NCBI GenBank assembly: GCA_043228905.1
Contig: JBHGNT010000005.1
Coordinates: 3,782,001-3,846,000, forward strand
DNA: 64,000 nt
Direction: 5' to 3'
Source of the DNA: Azolla caroliniana
Taxonomy: Eukaryota > Plantae > Polypodiophyta
In this document: positions 39,548 through 50,350 of the stretch, one piece after another
Numbering within the stretch: the first letter of the stretch is position 1
How the letters are laid out: each line of letters opens with the position of its first letter
Notes under the pieces: generated by a model
What the model saw: only the letters and a program-made list of their open reading frames with translations
Databases searched by the model: none
What the model was told of the DNA's origin: nothing
Position numbers and translations under genes: made by a program

Positions 39548-39648
39548 CCAAGTTCGGATAATATTTTGCATTGAGCAAAGTAGCAAATATTTGCACTCGC
39601 GACTTAGTCGTTATGGTCTTTGACATGAGATGATGTATTTTCCTAAGT

Positions 39649-39656
39649 GTATATTC
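39649..39656. promoter_or_regulatory. Second P1BS-consensus site
   Basis: GTATATTC matches GNATATNC upstream of PHT1; a short motif that could occur by chance. Confidence 0.4.
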
Positions 39657-40637
39657 AACATCATAGATTTCCTCATATTTTATTTTGAACATAAATGTCT
39701 TCCAAGCATTCATACTATAATTTTCAGTGTGCATGATAGGTCTCATCACGATTAGGCATACTTGAATTACCATGAAGCATCTGGTTGCAATATATACTCT
39801 TAGAAATGACTAAAAGTGGGCGGTTGTTGCCTCACAGCAACACGACAAGTAAGATTGGCATAATATCCAACAAGGGATTCCTTATACTTCATGTTTGGGA
39901 CAATTTACATTCATGTTCTACTAAGTCTTAATAATACTATTCAATGTGTTTTACTATTCAATGACAAATTTTAGATGATAGTGTGCATTTTAGTTTCAAT
40001 GTTTGCATCCCAGAATATTAGGATATAAAATAGAATATTACATTTAAAAAAAAGAGCTTTAATTTTCAGCTCAAGAGAAGGGAAATTTGAGTTGGAAATT
40101 TTGATAGTTTAGGAAAATCCAAGTTTTAGGAGGTTCAAAAGTCAATTGCGAGAATAAAAATCAATGTGTTACTAGGTTTCGGAATATTAAAGCTATGAAA
40201 GTATGGTGGAACATGGTTGGGGTAGCGTTTAGGATCAACATAATACATGTCGACAAAAGTTAAAAGTTTCATAACTCTTTTTTAAAAGAATTAGAATCTT
40301 GATATATTTGTTGTTTACATCAACATATATCTATATGTAAAGTGAAGATGCTTCTATACAAGCAACTAGGTTATTGGGGCTCATCAAATTTTGACTAAAG
40401 ATGTAAACCATTCTCACCTCATTATGTTAAGTTGGGTTTTTTTTCTCCCTCTAAAGAGATACGCCTTGGTATTATAAAATCATAAGAAATACAAAAGTTG
40501 TGTTGGATAAAGGAGTATGTATACCAACCGACTCCATTGTGCTCACATCATAGCCGATTTGATTTGTGTACACCATATCTCCAAGATTTTTATGGTCTTC
40601 CTCCCAAACTGCAACTAAGCATGTAATGTAACCTATA

Positions 40638-40883
40638 CCCCACCAACATCTATAGCAACAAAAGTTAGTAGACATTTTTATGTTAAGTTGGGTTGATTTT
40701 CCTTTCCATGCATATTTTCATAACATGGTTCATTTTTAGCACACACAAGTCTTCCTACCAAATACACTTAAAGTTTCTGTACTTGATGCATATCAAATGC
40801 AATACTACAAAAAAGTTGGTGTATAGTGATTATTTAAACATACACCATATGAATATAATGCATGTGCACACACTCATAGTCAT
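40638..40883 (+). repeat. 246-bp segment duplicated at 49596-49841
   Basis: Direct comparison shows equal length and 4 substitutions seen. Confidence 0.92.
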
Positions 40884-42369
40884 TCTAGGGCTCATTTCCT
40901 CTCTCTTATTTCCTTTCAAATTAAGAGTTTACGCACAAGCAAATTCACACAAACAAACGGTCCTAATGTCTCTTTAACTCATTCACTTCCCCTTTCTGAT
41001 TTAACCATTGACTGTAAATATTACATCATAAATAATTGCACATGTTCTATCAAATCTTGTCTTTGTATTGTTGTTTCTCTTTGTTTGTCTTATTCATATT
41101 TGTCTCTAACACATCGGCTCTCTTTCAGTCACTCTCTTTCTCCCTTGCTTCGACACACATAGTTGAAGAGTTGAAGTAAAAAAATCAACCGAGTGAGCAA
41201 GTATGTATGAGAGGTCGAGTGGATGAAGTGTATCCTCATTAATTACTTATTATTATTATTGAAACGACTTATTACATCGTAAAATGAGGAAATAGAGACA
41301 ACAAACATATGATGGGCATGATATTTTATCATCCTCCAAAGGGCCAGGAACATGGAGCCTCACCTAGGTATGCGTATAAATAGAGAGATAGAACATGCCA
41401 AGTGTCTATGAGTGCACATGTATTATGTGTGAGCGCTAAATGCATGTCATACATCCACAACTCATATCAATATTTACATGACCCACTTATACTACAATTG
41501 TATATGATTAGAAACTTTCTGGATGGTCAATATCATAGACATACATACCTTGCAACCAAGCAACAATAGAATATTGACTAAAAGAGTGATCAAATTTAGG
41601 CCCTGAAAATACTTCTCACGCTCTGTGTTGACTTCATGGTTTATGTTGTGGCATTAGAAATATCATTAGAAGAATCAAAGTTTAGTTATAACTATGGGCT
41701 CAACCCCATCCCGTAGATTGTGTTTTAGTTGCCCATGGGCATTGAAAATCTCACTCTTTCTACCCTCATTACTCGTAGCCACTGTAAAATGGTCCATCTT
41801 TATTCATTATCTGTCATTATTCATGTAAAGTCCTAGTTTCAATTTATTTAACTTATGTTATATCTTAGATTGGAATTGTCATTGATTTATTATTTGTGTT
41901 AAGGTGTGGTCTGAGTTAGATTTTAGGATGGGTGCACATTATGATTATTGACTCTCTAATGGAAATACAAAGATCTAGATTGTGGTCATTGTTGACATGG
42001 TCTAGCATGGCTTGTTAATGAATTTGTGGGGTGAGAATACCTATCTCAACAACTACAATCAAGTGCACACAAGATTGATTGACAATTTAAACCTCCCTCC
42101 CTACGACACATTCCTTCTAAGAAATAAACGTAGCATCCCTTCTGAAGAATAAAAGAGATTTGTATGAAATTGACTTATTTGACCTCTCATTTAACCATAA
42201 CAATGTCACACTTTCTAAATGTTACCAAACTTTTTAAGTTAAACGTATGCTTTCCATTTATGATGAATGGGTAAACAAAGTTGCTTTTTCCCAAAAAAAG
42301 ATACTACATTAGTATTATAAAACCGCCATAAGGCTAAACATACAAGCTATACCGATCCCCTATATTTTT

Positions 42370-45300
42370 CTAAAGTCTAACCGTTGGCTTGAATAAACAC
42401 TTTGGTGTTGAGTAGAACCACTCCACCTTACCAAAATACCGTCTATAAAATATACCTATGTCCCAAATGGCATGAAACTCCACCCGCCTAAGCTCCGCTT
42501 GATGCGTATTACCTTTTATACCATCCAAAATCCCTCTAAGATTATGTACAATCTCTATCCAAATTCCGGAGATTATTTGAGCAGGTCTTTCAGTCATATT
42601 TTGAAATACCTTCAAACATCGAGCCTTCCAAATATACCAAATTGTAATACTGCTTACCAATTGCCATATTTGAGGTTTATCAGTTTGTATTTGTGGATTC
42701 GGAGGGAGCAAAATTTTTTCCATCATACCAGGCCTCACCATAATAGCATCCGCAACCTCCTCATGTTCATATTCCATCGGTTTATCATGTACCGCTGCCC
42801 ATAATACTGCACCCCATGTGTACACTGCTCTAGGATATATTGGAATTAAAAATTTTATAATTTGTTTCCATATATCCATAGCAAAACCACAACTCCACAA
42901 ACAATGTTTAGCAGTCTCTATTACATCTGTACAAAAAGGACACATCTTGTCTACATTTCCTTTTCGCCACCCATTAACTGGTATAGCATTATGAACCAAC
43001 AACCATCGAAAACCAACAATTTTCCTACTCATCTTTATACCCCATAACCATTTCCAAAATTGTTTAAGATGTTGTGGAGAAAGTTCATTTCGTCTCCAAA
43101 CAATATTTGCAGTTGGTTCTTTCCATGATCTAGCAGCTAATACTTTCCTACCAATCCTCACAGAATACTGAAAAAACGGCACATATTTGATGTTATCTTG
43201 CATCCTCACCTTCCAATACAGTTCTCCAGGATCCCAAGTTAGTGTAGATATTGATCTCCTTTCCAAAATCCAAATCCTCCACAAACAATTCACCTTTTGA
43301 GGATCCGGGTCTAATACCCAATTTGATCCATCATTTGCAATCACCCTCACTTCTTTATGTAAACAAAAACTAAACAAATCATGTTCCATAGATGTACAGA
43401 TTAACCTACCATCATCCTGTACATCAAAAGTCATGCATTCTTGTTCCCCAATATAGGCTTTCACTCCAATTAAAACATCCAATGGAGTAAATAAACCCAT
43501 CCACTTGTGTGTAGTATATCCAATTTGCATTTGAACATTAACAAGGGCATTCTGGATCGCAGAATACATTATCTTGCCACCCCTTATATTACTAATTAAT
43601 AGCATTTGTTGATCTATAGATTTAGACAAAAAAGTTATCCATGCACCTATAGACTGTGCTGGCCCACGATCTAATTCTGCCCATGCACATTTAGTACGCT
43701 TTCCCAACATTTGTCCTCTTAGGTCAGTCAACCATGAATTCCAAATCAGCGGTTGCCTACAGAATTCAGATTCTGTTTTTGGCAATGTCTTAACTAAATC
43801 ATGAGAAATATCTTTCCATGCTTTAAGAACACATCGAGCAAATCTATCTTCCCAACTTGTAACAATAGCCAATTTATTATGTTCCATAAAAGCCCATCTA
43901 GCACTAGGCGTCCAATCTCCACCCGTCTTGGGACAAAACCTTTGCAATTCATAAAACAACAATTGTTTCCAAGGTTCCGATCCTGGCAATAATCCTCGAA
44001 TCACCAATTTTGCCATTAAAGCTTTCGATTGTTGTAATGGATCCACAATCCCTAATCCTCCTTGATCCAATGGCTTAACAATTGTGGACCAAGCGACTTT
44101 TGCCCTAGCATGGCTTCCATCATTACCAGACCACAAATAATTTCGAATCAATCTTTGCAATTGTCCCATACATGATCTCGAAAAACTCCAACATGACATA
44201 ATATACCAGAGACTAGACAACAAAACATGATTAACGACTATCACTCTACCCGCAAATGATAGTTTAGCTTTACTCCAAAACATAAGTTTTTTCCTAATTT
44301 TCAATAACAAAGAAGCAACCTGCATTTCTGAAGAAATATTCAACCCTACTTGACATCCCAAATATCTAACTGAAGTGCCCTCGGGAACCCATCTGAAATC
44401 TGGATGAGGACTCCATTGTGGAGTTGTGGAATCGGACGACACCCAAAAACCCACTGATTTATTCCAATTAATTGCTGCACCTGCAGCTATACAAAATGTT
44501 TGCATTGCTGTGTACATTTTCTGCAGATTATTATTGTGACAATCCAGATACAAACTTGTGTCATCAGCAAATTCTACATCAACCACATTTGTCCCATCAA
44601 TGGGCATTGCTATTCCTTTTAATCCAACATCTTCAGCAGTCAAAAACAAACTCATTGCTTCAGCAAAAAACAGAAATAGATATGGTGCAAGTGGACAGCC
44701 TTGTCTTACACTTCGGGAAATTTGAAACTCATCACCTTTAACCCCTCCAGCCAAAACAGAACTGCATGCTGAATTATACAAAGAAGACACTCCTATCACC
44801 CATTTCTCCGGAAAACCCAATCTTACAAGAGTACCCTGAAGAAATTCCCAATCAACACGATCATATGCTTTTTCAAAGTCAAGTAACAAAATCACTAAAT
44901 TCTCTTTTTTCTTCCTAGCCAAGGCAATGGCTTCCCAAAAAAAGAACAAATTATCCAGTATACTTCTTTCCTGAATAAAACCTGTTTGGGTGATATGAAT
45001 CAAATCATGCAAAAAAGGTTGCACTCTCAAAGCCAATGTTTTTGCAAAGACTTTATATATTGTATTTAACAAAGTTATTGGTCTCCATTTTCTAATATCA
45101 TTTGATATACCTTCACCCTTAGGTATTAAATAAATCAAACCAACTGCCATACTACGAGGCATATACCCAGTGTCAAAAATTCTTTGATAAGCTTTTGTTA
45201 AATCTTCCCCAATATATTCCCAATAATTGAGGAAAAAATGTGGAGTAATTCCATCCTCCCCTGGACAAGACATAAGACTTAAAGCTCTAAGTGCATTATG

Positions 45301-46710
45301 TATTTCCATAATGTCAAAGGGCTTAACTAATGCAACCTTCATTTCATTTGTAACTTTTGGCTTAATTTGATCCCACACCCGTTTCCTACTTATGTGGACA
45401 GATTCTGTAGCCACATCAGCAGTCAACAATTTAGCATAATACGTAGTAGCAATTTGTACAATTTCTGACTCATCTACTGTTAAGGAGCCATCTTCCCTCC
45501 TTAATTGTTTAATTCCTATTGTCGACCATTTCGGTGCAACTTGGGAAAAAAACATCTTGTTTACTTTGTCACCTACTTGTGTCCATTTTGAAGCGGAAGC
45601 TTGATATTGAAAGTTTAAAATGTTGTCCTCAATCTTTCTTAATTCCCATTTCGCATTATGTAAAGCATTTGCTGTCCATTCACACAATGGATCCCTTTCT
45701 TGAAAATGTTGCAACGATGCCAAGGCACGATGCATACTATTAATTTTCTGTGTATATGTTTCCTTTTTCCCCTGTACCCAAGAGATTAAAAAACTACTAA
45801 TATGAGATATTGCCAAGGTCACATTGTCTTCCACATTTCCAATTTGCAATAAAGTTTGTCTCCATATATACATAACTTGTTCAGTAATTATAGACTTTGT
45901 AAACAATTCTGGTGGAATTCTTATTCTCCCTTGCTGCTTATGTTTTTTCCCAACCTTAAGTTGTAATACAACTGGGGCATGATCGGAGAAAGTCGTACCT
46001 GGATAAATGCCAACACTCCCTCCTATCTCCGCAAATAAATCATCAACATAAATCCTATCAATTCTTGACAGGTTTGCCCCGTTTACTCTTCTATCAGATC
46101 TAGAAAACCGTAACGAATTATGTAGTTTTCCAAATGATGGTAAATGCCAAACATCCACCAACCTTCTACTTATAGTAAATCTTTCCCATGCAGATAATTC
46201 TAGACCATGCACTGTTACTCCACCCTCACCACTCCTATCCTCAGGGTCCTCAATCATATTAAAGTCTCCTGCTATACACCAATGATCTACAGTTGGCAAT
46301 GATCTATCCAATTCAATCCACATCTTTAATCGTTCTCTAGAAGAATTAGGAGCATATAAATTCAAAACGCCCACCTTTTTATTATGAAATTCCATGATAA
46401 CATATTGTGCTCTTCCCAAGAACAAATTTCCTACCTCCAACATCTTTACTTGCCATATATCCCGAATAGCCATACATAATCCACCTTTAAGTTGTGTTGA
46501 TCCATATGCTGGAACCCACACCATTTCCCATTTTCCAGGCAATAATGAACCATAGACTTTAGTACGCCTTTCATTTAGGTGATGTTCTTGTAACATCACT
46601 ATGTCCACTTGCCCAATTATACATTTATGTAGCTCTTGCCGAAATCTCCTTTTATATTGTTTACATAAAGATCCCCCAAGACCTTGAACATTCCAAGAAA
46701 TAATCTTCAT
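42370..46710 (-). CDS. LINE ORF2: AP-endonuclease, reverse transcriptase, C-terminal zinc-binding (zf-RVT) region, 1446 aa
   Basis: ISWNVQGL, LQEHH, AGDFN, SRIDRIY, SDHAPV (endonuclease); WRPITLLN, QTGF, LDFEKAYDRV, VRQGCPLAP, FADD, YLG (RT); CPFC..ETAKHCLWSC, IWYIWKARC. Confidence 0.96.
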   Translation of the reverse strand: MKIISWNVQGLGGSLCKQYKRRFRQELHKCIIGQVDIVMLQEHHLNERRTKVYGSLLPGKWEMVWVPAYGSTQLKGGLCMAIRDIWQVKMLEVGNLFLGRAQYVIMEFHNKKVGVLNLYAPNSSRERLKMWIELDRSLPTVDHWCIAGDFNMIEDPEDRSGEGGVTVHGLELSAWERFTISRRLVDVWHLPSFGKLHNSLRFSRSDRRVNGANLSRIDRIYVDDLFAEIGGSVGIYPGTTFSDHAPVVLQLKVGKKHKQQGRIRIPPELFTKSIITEQVMYIWRQTLLQIGNVEDNVTLAISHISSFLISWVQGKKETYTQKINSMHRALASLQHFQERDPLCEWTANALHNAKWELRKIEDNILNFQYQASASKWTQVGDKVNKMFFSQVAPKWSTIGIKQLRREDGSLTVDESEIVQIATTYYAKLLTADVATESVHISRKRVWDQIKPKVTNEMKVALVKPFDIMEIHNALRALSLMSCPGEDGITPHFFLNYWEYIGEDLTKAYQRIFDTGYMPRSMAVGLIYLIPKGEGISNDIRKWRPITLLNTIYKVFAKTLALRVQPFLHDLIHITQTGFIQERSILDNLFFFWEAIALARKKKENLVILLLDFEKAYDRVDWEFLQGTLVRLGFPEKWVIGVSSLYNSACSSVLAGGVKGDEFQISRSVRQGCPLAPYLFLFFAEAMSLFLTAEDVGLKGIAMPIDGTNVVDVEFADDTSLYLDCHNNNLQKMYTAMQTFCIAAGAAINWNKSVGFWVSSDSTTPQWSPHPDFRWVPEGTSVRYLGCQVGLNISSEMQVASLLLKIRKKLMFWSKAKLSFAGRVIVVNHVLLSSLWYIMSCWSFSRSCMGQLQRLIRNYLWSGNDGSHARAKVAWSTIVKPLDQGGLGIVDPLQQSKALMAKLVIRGLLPGSEPWKQLLFYELQRFCPKTGGDWTPSARWAFMEHNKLAIVTSWEDRFARCVLKAWKDISHDLVKTLPKTESEFCRQPLIWNSWLTDLRGQMLGKRTKCAWAELDRGPAQSIGAWITFLSKSIDQQMLLISNIRGGKIMYSAIQNALVNVQMQIGYTTHKWMGLFTPLDVLIGVKAYIGEQECMTFDVQDDGRLICTSMEHDLFSFCLHKEVRVIANDGSNWVLDPDPQKVNCLWRIWILERRSISTLTWDPGELYWKVRMQDNIKYVPFFQYSVRIGRKVLAARSWKEPTANIVWRRNELSPQHLKQFWKWLWGIKMSRKIVGFRWLLVHNAIPVNGWRKGNVDKMCPFCTDVIETAKHCLWSCGFAMDIWKQIIKFLIPIYPRAVYTWGAVLWAAVHDKPMEYEHEEVADAIMVRPGMMEKILLPPNPQIQTDKPQIWQLVSSITIWYIWKARCLKVFQNMTERPAQIISGIWIEIVHNLRGILDGIKGNTHQAELRRVEFHAIWDIGIFYRRYFGKVEWFYSTPKCLFKPTVRL

Positions 46711-46712
46711 AT

Positions 46713-48161
46713 TTACACAAATTTAGATAATAATCTTCTTTCTTTCAAACATCGATTCCTATCTTCTTGAGACATGTCTTGAGACTTAATCATTCTTCTA
46801 AAAGAGATGTGATCTTTACTAAATGCATTAGTCTGCTTATGTACTCTTTGAGAGGAAATCCTACTATCACTTCCTTGAAAATGTTCAACTAATGATTTCG
46901 TGAAAGTTCTCCAATCATTATCATCCCTCATGAAAGGATTATGATCCTTTGACAAATTCTTGGACATGGATCTTGTCCACCTCCCTTCAAAAGAAGGCAA
47001 GAACCCAATGTCAACTATCTGATTTTTATTTTGTAATTCTCCTACAATCTCTTGTCCATCCATTGTTTCTGATGCACTGATCGGAACAATAGCATTCTCA
47101 TCATATAAAACCATTTCATGACTACATCCTTCATGATGTTCTTTATTATATACTTGAATGTCAAGTTTAGGATCATCTGACCTTGATTGTATTCCATCCA
47201 CAATCTCCTTGCCAGGACGCCTATTACTAGGTACATCCATATTTCCTACATCTTCAATCATTTGTGTTTGTCCGTCTTCTACGTTGGTTAACAAATTGTA
47301 TATATTATCCTTAGGTTTCCATTTGATTTTATCTTGACTTGTTTTTTTTATCATGTGTCTTTTGGCAACTTGAACCCAAGTGCCGCCAACACTTGTTTGT
47401 GGCACATCATTTACAACATGTCTTGGCTCCTTTCTTGACAAGGAACATTCCTTAGCTAAATGTCCCATTCTTCTACATACAAAACATTGATTTGGTAACC
47501 CGGCATATAAAATTTTTTGTCTCTTTCCACATCCCCCAATTTCCAAACATGGTAATTTCACATATTCCGGCAACGGTTTTCCTCTAGTACATAATAACTT
47601 AACTGTTGGTATTCCAAATATTTTCCCATCTTTATTATGTATATAAGCATCTAATACAACTCCAATTAAAGCCCCTAACTGATGCAACAGATGATGACAT
47701 TCCTTAGGCAATCCCGGAAAACTCGCAGTTATAACTAAAAAATCATGTTGGGTCTCTCTCATAGGATCAAAACCATGTTTCCATTCCTGAAATTTAACCC
47801 ATGCTCCTCTTATATCAACAAATTTCATTGCAAGTAATACCTGGACAGATGCCTCGTCTTGAAACTCGACATGATAATAGCCTCTTCCTAAAAATTGCAC
47901 ATCTTCAATACGTCCAATTTCAGCCTGTAATCGAGCCTGTAGCAAGTGCCTCAACTCTTGACGATTTGGCCGAAGACCTAAAACTTGTATAATTAAAGAA
48001 TTTTGTTGCAAACGGTAGATCTCTTCTCTCATTTGTACTTGTTCTTGCTCTGATAGCTGAAGCTCAACCATCAGCCCCGCAACAGGTTGAAAATCGGGAA
48101 GTGATTCACGGGATCCTCCCACTGTCGTAGCTGCCTGGGCCTTTGCCATTTCCTCAGCCAT
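46713..48161 (-). CDS. LINE ORF1 (DUF4283-like region plus CCHC zinc knuckle), 482 aa
   Basis: VQFLGRGYYHVEF..EWKHGFDP..FPGLP and CFVCRRMGHLAKEC (CX2CX4HX4C); directly upstream of ORF2. Confidence 0.9.
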   Translation of the reverse strand: MAEEMAKAQAATTVGGSRESLPDFQPVAGLMVELQLSEQEQVQMREEIYRLQQNSLIIQVLGLRPNRQELRHLLQARLQAEIGRIEDVQFLGRGYYHVEFQDEASVQVLLAMKFVDIRGAWVKFQEWKHGFDPMRETQHDFLVITASFPGLPKECHHLLHQLGALIGVVLDAYIHNKDGKIFGIPTVKLLCTRGKPLPEYVKLPCLEIGGCGKRQKILYAGLPNQCFVCRRMGHLAKECSLSRKEPRHVVNDVPQTSVGGTWVQVAKRHMIKKTSQDKIKWKPKDNIYNLLTNVEDGQTQMIEDVGNMDVPSNRRPGKEIVDGIQSRSDDPKLDIQVYNKEHHEGCSHEMVLYDENAIVPISASETMDGQEIVGELQNKNQIVDIGFLPSFEGRWTRSMSKNLSKDHNPFMRDDNDWRTFTKSLVEHFQGSDSRISSQRVHKQTNAFSKDHISFRRMIKSQDMSQEDRNRCLKERRLLSKFV

Positions 48162-48257
48162 GCTCTTCTTCCTTTTTCTCTTTAGAACAAATACATTGTC
48201 ATCATCAACATTTCCACCATTTGGGGGCCTTCCAAGTTCTTATTCTCAGCTGTAGAC

Positions 48258-48375
48258 AGTATGGCGATGGTGGATGACGCGCAGAGAGTCTGTATAAATA
48301 GTATGGTGATGGTGGATGACGCGCAGAGAGTCTGATCTACACTATGGCGATGGTGGATGACGCGCAGAGAGTCTC
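48258..48375. repeat. Three ~41-42 bp monomers in the LINE 5' UTR
   Basis: tatgg(c/t)gatggtggatgacgcgcagagagtct at ~48258, 48300 and 48341. Confidence 0.92.
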
Positions 48376-48659
48376 TGCCCGACCAACAAAGTTGCTTTTA
48401 CTATTAGCTTTTCTTCGAAAGAATTAATTAACCAAGGGCATTGCATGCAATTGTCCCCGTCTCTTAGAGCACATGGCTAGATCTTAGAAGTGATATATTA
48501 ACTTTTGTTTTAAGAATAAGGAGCACCTTTGGGTTTTTTATAGAGAAATTTTTTCTATAGATTAATTAACATAAACTGTATGGTTTAGATAGAGAAAATA
48601 TAGTAATACGTATAATGATTATAAATCAAGATAAGGACATTTACAATTTAAATTGTATG

Positions 48660-48783
48660 GTTAGGAGGGGCAAACCGTCTCTTGCCCCTCCTAACCCCCC
48701 TCGTGGGGTAAGGAGGGAGCGGGAGGCAACCCATAAACGCATTGACTGAGATGCCCTCCCTCTGGGAGGATATATAATAACAA
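48660..48783 (+). other. Probable ITS1 3' part of an orphan rDNA fragment
   Basis: GC-rich, hairpin-forming (ttaggagggggcaa..ttgcccctcctaa) and directly abutting the 5.8S 5' end. Confidence 0.6.
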
Positions 48784-48924
48784 ACGACTATCAACAACGG
48801 ATATCTTGGCTCTTGCAATGATGAAGAACGCAACGAAATGCGATACATAAAGTGAGTTGCAGAATTCCGCGAATCATTGAGTCTTTAAACGCAACTTGCG
48901 TCAGAGGCTTGTCCAAGGGCACGT
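48784..48924 (+). pseudogene. 5.8S rRNA pseudogene, 5' part
   Basis: acgactatcaacaacggatatcttggctcttgcaatgatgaagaacgcaacgaaatgcgatac..gcagaattccgcgaatcattgagtctttaaacgcaa..agggcacgt is plant 5.8S with multiple C>T/G>A changes; no 18S or 26S nearby. Confidence 0.92.
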
Positions 48925-49486
48925 TGTCGTGAAGATCCGTCACTAGGCACGGATCGCGAGGCGGAACCGTCGGGGTTTTGGACTGGAAGGACTCGATGTT
49001 TGCACAAGCTTTAGCGGGAAAGGAATTAAGATAGATTGAAAGAGAGAGAGAGATTGAGATAAGATAGAATGCTTGATTTTAGATTGAGAGAGAGATTAAG
49101 AACTCTTGACTTTAGATTTCAAGAACAAGGTATATCATCAAAAGGATAATGAATTTTCTTCTTAATATTAATTTTGATTTAAAGTACAAAGCTTTCTTTT
49201 ATCCAAGAAAATCCCCCATTGATCTGTTCTATTCCCTCTTTTATAGATGCCATCATGCATTTGAGGGTTCAAGACATGCATAAAATGCATGTTTGCCATT
49301 TGGCGCTCATGTATTACATGTGGTGCATGATAACCATGTCACTCATTTTAGCTCTCATGTATGAGAATTTATATGTAAAAGTACAATGATAGAAATGTAA
49401 TTTTAACTAAATATCTTGGCTTAGTGGTAAGCCAATTGACTCCTAACTTGGAGGTGCAAGTTTTGAATCATTACTTGCCTTCCTTG

Positions 49487-49533
<47 letters not shown>

Positions 49534-50350
49534 GTATATATGTATATATATTTATTTATCTAGTCGCCGGCGCCGGTTGCCGCCTCGCCGGATCACCCCA
49601 CCAACATCTATAGCAACAAAAGTTAGTAGACATTTTTATGTTAAGTTGGGTTGATTTTCCTTTCCATGCATATTTTCATAACATGGTCCATTTTTAGCAC
49701 ACACAAGTCTTCCTACCAAATACACTTAAAGTTTCCGTACTTGATGCATATCAAATGCAATACTACAAAAAAGTTGGTGTATAGTGATTATTTAAACGTA
49801 CACCATATGAATATAATGCATGTGCACACACTGATAGTCATGTCGCCTCGTCGGATCACCGGCTCCGTCGGATACAGATTCCGCCACCGCCTCGCCGGCT
49901 CCGTTGGATGCCAATTCCGCTGGATCACCAACACATGACGATCACTGGTTACCGTCTAGTTCCATTTTGGTTGGCGAAAACCTTTACGAGTGGCTAGGCC
50001 ACCTCCACTCTTATTTTAAGTTACCTTGAACTCTCTATGCTCCACACATAGACACAAAGATAATAACTTTTGCTCTACCTTATATATGGTGAGAGCCTTA
50101 TTCGTCCTGTCTATGTGGGCTATCTCATAATTTTCTCTTTTTCTTTCACAACTTCTTACCCACATAAGTTGACACTTAGATGTCTGTTTCTTATGTAGTA
50201 AAGTGGACCTCTTCAAGATCTTCGTCTTTTATACTAAGATATTAAACTTACTTAGAATTAGTATATTCACTATTATTGTTTTATATGATTGACACTTGAT
50301 TTTGTACGTTTTATGTGATTTTCACACCATTGCCGAAAATCTTCACGACA
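48925..50350 (-). mobile_element. Solo-LTR-like element (1426 bp) inserted in the 5.8S sequence
   Basis: Perfect 12-bp terminal inverted repeats TGTCGTGAAGAT / ATCTTCACGACA (TG..CA); 4-bp TSD ACGT at 48921-48924 and 50351-50354; no coding capacity. Strand inferred from a TATA-like CTATAAAAG on the minus strand near 49240. Confidence 0.8.

Larger units (their letters stand above)
42289..48384 (-). mobile_element. Full-length intact L1-type LINE retrotransposon (~6.1 kb)
   Basis: TSD aacaaagttgctttt at 42274-42288 and 48385-48399; two uninterrupted ORFs separated by 2 nt; 5' UTR tandem monomers; 3' UTR ending T7-GGG-A. Confidence 0.95.

Noticed and set aside
40693-40977. Paralogous small ORFs at 40693 and 49651
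   Set aside because: Explained by the 246-bp non-coding duplication; TTG starts and no protein features.
48258-48375. Repeat-spacer-like array resembling CRISPR
   Set aside because: Spacers are only ~7-9 nt, the context is eukaryotic, there are no cas genes, and it lies in the LINE 5' UTR.
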